Part shown: positions 1 through 6,894 of the stretch, in pieces
Layout of the letters: each line of letters starts with the position of its first letter
Numbering within the stretch: position 1 is the stretch's first letter
Origin: Acaryochloridaceae cyanobacterium VAR_48_metabat_390
GTDB lineage: Bacteria; Cyanobacteriota; Cyanobacteriia; Thermosynechococcales; Thermosynechococcaceae
Reading direction: 5' to 3'
DNA: 14,005 nucleotides
NCBI GenBank assembly: GCA_031422435.1
Contig: JANPLU010000006.1
Span: forward strand, 1 to 14,005
Program-made: the position numbers and the translations under genes
Notes under the pieces: model-generated
The model's input: only the letters and a program-made list of their open reading frames with translations
Databases searched by the model: none
Told to the model about the DNA's origin: nothing

Positions 1-2217
1 GGCAAGGCGATCGCCGGAGTCGCTAATCGCCAAGACAGAAAAAGTCTTGGGCTGCGTTTGAAGCGGCTTTTGTAACGTTCCGGTCAATAAATTCCAAACT
101 AAGATTGAGCCATCCCAACTGCCGCTGACCATCACCCGTCCATTTAAGCTCAGAACCAGCGCACTAATCGACTCAAACGATGAACTACTGGGACTGATGC
201 CGCTAGAAAAACTTTTGGTAAGCCGCCCAGTTGCAGTATCCCAAAGCTGAAATTTACCGTCACTACTGCTGCTAATGACCGTTTTACCGTTGGGGAACAT
301 CCCCAGAGCCTGTCCCGAAACTAAGGAATTAGACGGAATGGGGATCTTTTTCCCAGACTTAACATCCTGAAGAAAAAGACTGCCGTCCCAACCACTGCTG
401 ACAAACATTTGCCCGCGACGATCAGTGGCTGCGGCACGAATGGTGCCCTCAAGCCCCCAAGGGTTGTTAGTCGGCAGCGTTGGCAGTAGCGCCTGGGTTT
501 TTAAGTCCCACACTAAGATTTTGCCGCTGATGCTGCTGGTGACAAGGGTTTGCTTATTATCACTAATGCCAACGGAAACAATTGGCTCATAGTGATCTGC
601 AAACGTCTGCTTCAGTTGTCCTGAAGGAAATTCCCAGAGCTTAATGGTCATATCTTTGCTGCCGCTGATCAAAAGCTGGTTATCAATGCTTAGATCGAGC
701 GCTGTAATGGCATCCCAATGCCCACCGCGAGCCACATCAGCAATGGGCTGAGAGTCCGCCGGAAGAACCAAGGTACTCTTCAGCTTTAAATTAACCTTGC
801 TGGCGGCTGGCGACTGCCCCCCCCGCGTTAGGGCGGTCTGTAGAACCGTCCCACCTCTCTGAATCATCTCTACATTAAGATCCGGAAGGAGTAAAATTGC
901 GAGACCTGCTAGCCCAACGGCAACGCAGGCTGCACCCCACACAACCGGATTAGATCGGTTGATCCAAGATACGGTTGATTGCGACGTTTTCGCCACAATC
1001 GGGGGAAGTAACATTGCGGCGGTAGTTTGCAGTGAAGCCGCTCTCTGCTGTCCGCTGCTGCCTATGAGGGATGAGAGGCTCGATGCAGCAGACTGAGGCT
1101 GTCGTGGAAAGGCGGCGACGGCTTTTTTGCGCTGGGTAGGCTTGATAACCCGAGGTGTAGCAGAGGTTGGGCTGAAAACGTCTAGGCCAACGGAAGATCG
1201 GCGATCGCACCAATAGCACCGACCATAAATGCGGCTGTAGTAGTGGTTATTCTCAAGGTGACACATCCGCAGATCGGGAATGGCTAACTTCAGCGCCTCA
1301 CTCCAATCCTGCGCCGAGGGGCGAGCTAGGGGGTTATGGTGCCCCTCCGTGAAGCAGCGCTGAAAGCAAACCTGAAGCTGGGGATGAATAATCGAAAGCG
1401 GAATTGTATTGGGGCCTGGCTGCACCATGCTATTGGGGGCGTAGGGCCAGTGGCCTTGACGAATCAGTTCGGCAGGTTGGGGAGATTCCCCCCGCCCAAT
1501 CCATTTACCCTTAAACGGCTGGTCGCCAAACAGCAGCATAAACACCATCACACCCAGCCGAAACCGATCGTGAATCTCAGTTTGATCAATGGTTGATAGC
1601 TCCTTGCCCAATAGCTCAACAGGCGTAAACCCTTCAGAGCCAACCGGACAGCGATACAGGGTTTGAGTGCGAGGATCTCGCACCTGAAACGAATCTGCAT
1701 CAATCACCGAAATCAGCGCGCGGCTGTTTACTAGCAAATTTTGGGGCTTGATGTCTCCTACCACATAGCCTTCATCGTGAAGCGACTTGAGCGACAGGGC
1801 AAAATTGAGCGCGGCAGTGTGAAGGTAGTACCAATTGAAGCGCGGAGCCTTGCGATTTCTCAATTTTGCGTTGTAAATGAGCGAAAGCTTAACACCATCT
1901 ACAATCTCTGGCATTAAAAAGCCGAGACATTGCCCTCGAACATTTTGAAGCAGATCTTGAGGCCACGCAAACGTCACGTGATGATGATGCCGCATGGGAT
2001 TTTGAGGCGGATGGGCAATCATCACCCTCAGCTTCTCAATGCGATCGGGTGTAGGAGTATGATAGAGCTTGGCTAGAAAACCAGGAAAGTTTGTTGTCCA
2101 GACCGTCCCTTCACCACTGCTTGCCAATTTCTTGTCTAGGACAATGGAGCGACCCGAAATGAGCGCCGTTAAGCCTGCGCCCTCCATTGCTGCATCACCC
2201 ATTGCTACACCACCCAT
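1..2217 (-). CDS. YegI/TerY-P-type Ser/Thr kinase with Cys/His motif, one TM helix and C-terminal WD40 repeats (3' end beyond window, at least 739 codons)
   Basis: Manual translation is open from ATG 2217 (in-frame alternatives 2202, 2187) to base 1. Motifs: LASSGEGTVW (Gly loop), FLAKLY, FAWPQ, GFLMPEI, VGDIKPQNLLV (catalytic loop), IDADSFQ (in place of DFG), GFTPVEL, HDRFRLGV, RPSAQDW; CHLENNHYYSRIYGRCYWC (1207-1263); hydrophobic PVVWGAACVAVGLAGLAILLLP (883-948); WD repeats GHWDAITAL..SGSKDMTIKLWE, DHYEPIVSV..SGKILVWD, SSGWDGSLFLQD, SSSDGKFQLWD, SGSWDGSILVWN. Confidence 0.92.
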   Translation of the reverse strand, partial: MGGVAMGDAAMEGAGLTALISGRSIVLDKKLASSGEGTVWTTNFPGFLAKLYHTPTPDRIEKLRVMIAHPPQNPMRHHHHVTFAWPQDLLQNVRGQCLGFLMPEIVDGVKLSLIYNAKLRNRKAPRFNWYYLHTAALNFALSLKSLHDEGYVVGDIKPQNLLVNSRALISVIDADSFQVRDPRTQTLYRCPVGSEGFTPVELLGKELSTIDQTEIHDRFRLGVMVFMLLFGDQPFKGKWIGRGESPQPAELIRQGHWPYAPNSMVQPGPNTIPLSIIHPQLQVCFQRCFTEGHHNPLARPSAQDWSEALKLAIPDLRMCHLENNHYYSRIYGRCYWCDRRSSVGLDVFSPTSATPRVIKPTQRKKAVAAFPRQPQSAASSLSSLIGSSGQQRAASLQTTAAMLLPPIVAKTSQSTVSWINRSNPVVWGAACVAVGLAGLAILLLPDLNVEMIQRGGTVLQTALTRGGQSPAASKVNLKLKSTLVLPADSQPIADVARGGHWDAITALDLSIDNQLLISGSKDMTIKLWEFPSGQLKQTFADHYEPIVSVGISDNKQTLVTSSISGKILVWDLKTQALLPTLPTNNPWGLEGTIRAAATDRRGQMFVSSGWDGSLFLQDVKSGKKIPIPSNSLVSGQALGMFPNGKTVISSSSDGKFQLWDTATGRLTKSFSSGISPSSSSFESISALVLSLNGRVMVSGSWDGSILVWNLLTGTLQKPLQTQPKTFSVLAISDSGDRLA
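2173..2217 (-). repeat. Three imperfect 15-bp tandem units at the phosphatase/kinase junction
   Basis: ATGGGTGGTGTAGCA / ATGGGTGATGCAGCA / ATGGAGGGCGCAGGC; each unit starts with an in-frame ATG. Confidence 0.7.
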
Positions 2218-3005
2218 TGTTCTTCAGGCAATTCGGCGCTGTAAAGACAGGCTAGCAGCGTTTTATCATCATCCGTTTTTGCGTTCAGCCGTTCTGACTC
2301 GAGGAAGGTTTTGAGATAGCTATAGCGCTCTACCGCGGTGGGCAGTTTGCTCAGACAGTCTTCAAAGGGCTCAAAGAAGGGCGCATAGGGCTGCCAATCT
2401 TGGAGTCGAACGGCAACTCGCTCTAGCCCGTCCGTTGCGGCACATAGAAATGGCGACTGTACTGCCTCTACGCACACACCCATGTAGGCTTTAGCGCCAG
2501 AAGTTGTAACAAAAATGGTTTCGTTGATAAACTCACCCTTGTCAGGCTCAAACAATAGCTGGCAGGGTGCATCTGGGTGGCTGCGCAACATCATAAAGCC
2601 ATCCCCAATTTGCATTGCCGCAACCCAGTCTGGAGTTGCCACAAAGGCCAGCAGGGTACACCCTAAATCTCGGAGTTCGCAGCTGCTAGCAACGGTTTCT
2701 TGATGCAGCGCGCTCAAAATAGTGTCTAGCGCTTGCTCAAAGAGTTCTGGCGCTGCCTGCTCCATTTCTGACCAGGTTGGCAACTGATCAAATCGATGCG
2801 TCACAGCTTGAAAAATCGCTTCTAAGGCAGTTTCGACCGCAATCTGTGCGCCAATCTCCGAATGCTTGGCGCTCCCTGCACCATCCGATACTGCTCCAAA
2901 TAAATAAGGCGCTTCAACGCAATAGTTGCCATAGTCTTGGCAGGGTTGACCCCGCCGTTCGTGGCGGGTTCCAATTGCCGAATGAACCATCGCTTTCCAG
3001 GTCAC
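2205..3005 (-). CDS. PP2C-family (YegK/PphC-like) protein Ser/Thr phosphatase of the TerY-P triad
   Basis: Motifs GTRH..PCQD, AVSDGAGSA, GCTLL, QIGDG, GEFINETIF, ATDGL, TDDDKTL; GTG start with GAGG about 8 nt upstream; lies between vWA and kinase genes. Confidence 0.93.
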   Translation of the reverse strand: MTWKAMVHSAIGTRHERRGQPCQDYGNYCVEAPYLFGAVSDGAGSAKHSEIGAQIAVETALEAIFQAVTHRFDQLPTWSEMEQAAPELFEQALDTILSALHQETVASSCELRDLGCTLLAFVATPDWVAAMQIGDGFMMLRSHPDAPCQLLFEPDKGEFINETIFVTTSGAKAYMGVCVEAVQSPFLCAATDGLERVAVRLQDWQPYAPFFEPFEDCLSKLPTAVERYSYLKTFLESERLNAKTDDDKTLLACLYSAELPEEQWVV

Positions 3006-3055
3006 GAGTCATCCTCAAGGGGTAATAGGGGTGCTAAAGCAATTCTTAAACGGGA

Positions 3056-3721
3056 TTAGGTTGTAATTTGTCCCCATCCCACAGGTGGTAGCGCCACCAT
3101 TTCCCCCCCGACCGTGCTGGTTGAAACCCGCACCATTGAATCACTCAGCCACAAAAACATAGATCGAAAATCTAGCCCATTTAGCATTAAGGGCGGACGC
3201 ATGGGCGGTGCAATTTGGCGCAGAGTATTCATGTCTGCACCCTGAACGCCAACCGCAAAAAATGAAAGTTTACGCTGCTGCTCGGCATCCTGAAGTCTTT
3301 GAGCCGCCTGGAGCCACGGTGAACCTGGATTGGGAGCGCCATCGGTGATTAGAAAAACCCAAGGTCGATAATACTGAATGCCGTTGTTGCGATAGGTGGC
3401 CTTTCGCGTTTCGAGCAGATCGAGTCCAAAGGAAATGGCTTCACCAATGGGCGATAGGCCATTGGCGACTAGGTGGGGTGGAATCATCTGGTCAATGGTC
3501 ACAAAATCCTGCACCAGCTCTACGGGGCCAAAGCTGACGACTGCTACGTCTACGCGCAGGGCGGCCTGCTCATCCTGAATAACTGCTTCTCGAAACGTCT
3601 TTAACCCTTCGTTGAGCGCATCAATGGGCGCTCCACTCATAGAGCCTGAGGTATCGACCAGTAAGATCACTGGGCAGCGGTTTTCTGGATTTTCAACAAA
3701 TTCAGGTTGTCCGACAATCAT
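3056..3721 (-). CDS. TerY/YegL-like von Willebrand factor A (vWA) domain protein
   Basis: EFVENPENRCPVILLVDTSGSM (MIDAS DxSxS), YYRPWVFLITDG, FFAVGV, MFLWLSDSM. Start placed at ATG 3721 (alternative 3745) rather than the track's 3850, whose extension crosses an intergenic hairpin. Confidence 0.92.
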   Translation of the reverse strand: MIVGQPEFVENPENRCPVILLVDTSGSMSGAPIDALNEGLKTFREAVIQDEQAALRVDVAVVSFGPVELVQDFVTIDQMIPPHLVANGLSPIGEAISFGLDLLETRKATYRNNGIQYYRPWVFLITDGAPNPGSPWLQAAQRLQDAEQQRKLSFFAVGVQGADMNTLRQIAPPMRPPLMLNGLDFRSMFLWLSDSMVRVSTSTVGGEMVALPPVGWGQITT

Positions 3722-3822
3722 TGAGGGTTCCAGTGATGGAGGCATTTGAAAAAATGAAGCGAGATAGATTTGTTTTAGAGGTGTTTTGCACTCTACCTTG
3801 TTGTGTTTCAATACGCTCTCTA

Positions 3823-3844
3823 TTTTGGCAGTCGTCTGCCAAAA
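3823..3844. other. Perfect 9-bp hairpin (inner stem of a larger structure, 3778-3861) just downstream of the rel stop
   Basis: TTTTGGCAG-TCGT-CTGCCAAAA. No U-tract follows on the minus strand, so it is not a canonical intrinsic terminator. Confidence 0.6.
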
Positions 3845-3865
3845 GTGCAAAGTATCACCTCAAAT

Positions 3866-6154
3866 TCAGTCTTGAGGTTGGTTGAGGCGACGCAGATTCA
3901 GCACATCGCTCATTTTGCGAACTTGGGCAAAGATTTGCTCAAGTTGATTGTAGTGCTCAATGTCTAAGCCTAGATGAATCAGCGCTGGACGGCCTGGGAA
4001 GGTCTTAACTTGAGCATTGTGAACATTGACCTTACTGTCGGTGAGGCGAGTCAGAATATCTTTCAGCACACCCACTCGATCCAACACTTCAATCTGAATT
4101 TCAACGGGATAGGTGGGTCGGCGTCCTTTATTTTGAGTGCTGGTGTTCCATCGGACGGGGATGAGGCGATCGCCAGGTATCACGTCCACATTTGAGCAGC
4201 CCTGACGGTGAACCGAGATGCCGCGACTGCTAAGCGTCACCACGCCAATGATTGGCTCCCCTGGCACAGGCAGGCAGCAGCCTGCAATGTGGTGCATAAG
4301 TCCTTCTATCCCTAAAATAGGGGCGTCGCTGGGCGCAGATGGCGGCGGTGTATTTCGGTTAAGAGCATGAGTCGCAGTAGGCAGCAACACGCTATCTGCG
4401 GCGATGCCCATCTCGAGTTTGAGATCTTGAGGCTGAAGTTTATGAATGGTTTCGCGCAGGCGATTCACCACCAGATTAAGAGTGACTTCGCCATAGCCTA
4501 AGCCTGCCAGCAAATCTTCTGGTGCCTGGTAATTACATCGTTCTGCTACAGACTGCATGGGTTCAGACTTAAGGAGCGCATCAAAGCCGCTCTTGCCCAT
4601 TTCTTTTTCCAGCATTTCTCGTCCGCGCAGCACATTTTCTTCCCGCCGCGATCGCTTGTACCACTGCCGGATCCGGTTGCGCGCAGACGTGGTGGTGACA
4701 AAATTGAGCCAGTCCAAACTCGGATGGGCGTTTTTCTGGGTCATCACCTCTACAATGTCGCCATTTTTGAGGGGGGTGTCGAGCGGCACCATGCGACCGC
4801 TCACCCGCGCTCCACAGCAGTGATTCCCCACTTCCGTATGGATGCGATAGGCAAAATCGACGGACGTGGCACCCTGGGCCAAAGAAATGAGATCGCCCTT
4901 GGGGGTAAAAACGTACACCTCACTGTCAAACAGATTGGCCTTAATATCGTCCAGATATTCTTGAGCGTCCGTTTCCTTAAGATCGCTCTGCCACTCTAAA
5001 AGCTGCCGCAGCCAGGTAAATTTATCGTCCTTGGCATTCCACTGGCTAGGCAATGAATTGCCCGACTCTTTATATTTCCAGTGGGCGGCAATGCCGTACT
5101 CAGAAATATGGTGCATCTCTAGGGTGCGGATCTGCACCTCTAAGGGTCGACCATTGGAGCCAATGACGGAGGTGTGTAAAGACTGGTAGCGATTGGGCTT
5201 GGGTAGGCCAATATAGTCCTTAAAGCGCCCAGGAATAGGACGGAAGCAGTCATGCACCACTGCTAAGGCGCGATAGCACTCGTCATTCGACTTCACAATC
5301 ACCCGGACTGCAGACACGTCAAAAATTTCGTGGAATTCTTTTTGCTGACGCGCCATCTTTTGAAAAATGCCGTACAGATGCTTAGGGCGACCGTTTAGCT
5401 CTAAATGCCCTAAACCTAGAGGCTCTAGGCGCTGCTGTAAAATTTGAATCACCTCTGCCAAGCTGTCTTCACGGGTCGTCCGCTTTTCGGTGACAAGCTG
5501 CTGCATGTGGCGATAGGCATCTGGCTCAAGGTACTTAAACGAGAGATCTTCAAGCTCCCACTTAAACCGCCAAATGCCAAGGCGATTGGCGAGGGGCGCA
5601 AACACGTCTCGAGTTTCTTGAGCAATGCGACGGCGCTTTTCGTCGGCAAGGTGCTCTAGGGTGCGCATGTTGTGTAGGCGGTCGGCGAGCTTTACCACGA
5701 TGACACGGATATCCTTTGCCATCGCCATAAACATGCGGCGAAAGTTCTCGGCCTGACGTTCGGTCTTGGTCGAGAAGTTAAAGGTCGAAAGTTTGGTGAC
5801 GCCCTCCACTAGCTCTCTCACTTCTGTGCCAAAGGCCGCTTCTAAATCTTCTGAAGTAATGTCAGTATCTTCAACGACATCGTGTAAAAAGCCAGCGGCA
5901 ATCATTGCGGCACTGCCGCCCAGGTCACGCAGTAACCCTGCCACTGCTACGGGGTGAGCGATGTAGGGTTCTCCAGAGGCACGAACTTGACCTTGATGGA
6001 GCTGATACCCAAAGTTGAAGGCTTTACAGATTAGCGCTCGATCTTTCTCTTCAGCACTAGATTGTTCAAATGCGCCAGGCAACAGACAGCGCTGAAGCCA
6101 GTCTGGGAGTTCAACGTCTGAAGAAGCGGAATGAGCAGCAGCCGTCACATTCAT
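3866..6154 (-). CDS. rel: Bifunctional (p)ppGpp synthetase/hydrolase (long RSH, Rel/SpoT)
   Basis: R.SGEPYIAHP, LHDVVEDT (intact HD hydrolase), KLADRLHNMRTL, GRPKHLYGI, RFKDYIGLPKPNRYQSLHT, EVQIRT, YGIAAHWKYKE, TGS domain (VFTPKG..VDFAYRIHTEVG), CC..PG..HRQGC zinc-finger region, C-terminal ACT domain (DRVGVLKDI). Confidence 0.98.
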   Translation of the reverse strand: MNVTAAAHSASSDVELPDWLQRCLLPGAFEQSSAEEKDRALICKAFNFGYQLHQGQVRASGEPYIAHPVAVAGLLRDLGGSAAMIAAGFLHDVVEDTDITSEDLEAAFGTEVRELVEGVTKLSTFNFSTKTERQAENFRRMFMAMAKDIRVIVVKLADRLHNMRTLEHLADEKRRRIAQETRDVFAPLANRLGIWRFKWELEDLSFKYLEPDAYRHMQQLVTEKRTTREDSLAEVIQILQQRLEPLGLGHLELNGRPKHLYGIFQKMARQQKEFHEIFDVSAVRVIVKSNDECYRALAVVHDCFRPIPGRFKDYIGLPKPNRYQSLHTSVIGSNGRPLEVQIRTLEMHHISEYGIAAHWKYKESGNSLPSQWNAKDDKFTWLRQLLEWQSDLKETDAQEYLDDIKANLFDSEVYVFTPKGDLISLAQGATSVDFAYRIHTEVGNHCCGARVSGRMVPLDTPLKNGDIVEVMTQKNAHPSLDWLNFVTTTSARNRIRQWYKRSRREENVLRGREMLEKEMGKSGFDALLKSEPMQSVAERCNYQAPEDLLAGLGYGEVTLNLVVNRLRETIHKLQPQDLKLEMGIAADSVLLPTATHALNRNTPPPSAPSDAPILGIEGLMHHIAGCCLPVPGEPIIGVVTLSSRGISVHRQGCSNVDVIPGDRLIPVRWNTSTQNKGRRPTYPVEIQIEVLDRVGVLKDILTRLTDSKVNVHNAQVKTFPGRPALIHLGLDIEHYNQLEQIFAQVRKMSDVLNLRRLNQPQD

Positions 6155-6247
6155 GGCAGAGCGCAGGGTTTAAGAGGTTGGATGATTTAGAAAAGCAGTG
6201 GTGCTGAGAAGATAAGCTTGGCGCGAAGATAAAAACTTAAGGGAACG

Positions 6248-6281
6248 AAGCATACCAAAATGCTTTGCTTTTTTTATTCTA
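6248..6281 (-). promoter_or_regulatory. Candidate -10 (TAGAAT, 6276-6281) for rel with downstream inverted repeat AAGCAT-N6-ATGCTT (6248-6265)
   Basis: Seen in the AT-rich divergent rel/patD spacer; function inferred only. Confidence 0.3.
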
Positions 6282-6328
6282 TTAAAACATGGTTAAGTAA
6301 TGCTGCCCGTCGCCCTATTTTTACTAGT

Positions 6329-6697
6329 ATGCCCAATCCTTCCCTCTTAGGCTGGCAGACCTTTGAGAACCATCTCGAAGTGCTACAGTCTCTTTGCCAA
6401 GACAATGCTGAAGAATCTCCATCCTCTGGTCAATGCTTACTGCTGCTAGAGAATTTACGTCAACAGCTTCAGATTCAAATGGGCGATCGCCCAGAAACCC
6501 TAAGCCTTACCGCATCGAGTCAGCGCCATGTCACAGAGCTGCACCGTCTCCTGCGTTTATCGCTCACGGACGCGGCGCTTTATCAGTCCGCACGATGTGT
6601 AGCGACTCGGCAACAGCGCTTGAACCAACTGTGCGATCGCCTGACTCATTTGCGTCAGCACACGCAGGCCGTCATTCTCAACATTTCCGAAAAATAG
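6329..6697 (+). CDS. patD: PatD-like small helical protein (heterocyst frequency control protein PatD family)
   Basis: C-terminal TELHRLLRLSLTDAALYQSAR..TRQQRLNQLCDRL resembles the PatD consensus as I recall it (TE..K.LRLL..D..FLQAAR...T..QR..Q..DRL). ATG 6329 gives 122 aa. Head-to-head with rel. Confidence 0.75.
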   Translation: MPNPSLLGWQTFENHLEVLQSLCQDNAEESPSSGQCLLLLENLRQQLQIQMGDRPETLSLTASSQRHVTELHRLLRLSLTDAALYQSARCVATRQQRLNQLCDRLTHLRQHTQAVILNISEK

Positions 6698-6894
6698 GGA
6701 ATGTTCCACTGTGAAGGGTCACTCAATTTTGGCATCCACTCAAGTCAAAGAAGCCCTCAACGTCTGTCTTTTTCTGTGAGCCGTTCGGCATGACTGCACT
6801 GCAAACCTTTGTATTTTTGCGCTCTATCTCACTGTAAGCAATCATTGCATCTTTTAAGTTGGCATAATAGGGGCGACGTTTAGAGCGGCAGCTT

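Noticed and set aside
950..3578. Track ORFs 950-1219, 1336-1596, 2069-2314, 2515-2703, 2777-3025, 3396-3578
   Set aside because: Alternate-frame or antisense shadows of the kinase, PP2C and vWA genes, with no recognisable motifs.
3823..3844. Rho-independent terminator call for rel
   Set aside because: The T-run precedes the stem and no U-tract follows it on either strand; kept only as a hairpin.
3746..3850. N-terminal extension of the vWA ORF to 3850
   Set aside because: TTG start inside the hairpin region; family-like sequence begins only at MIVGQPEF.
3974..6714. Short ORFs within rel and ORF 6433-6714
   Set aside because: They overlap well-supported genes; shadow frames.
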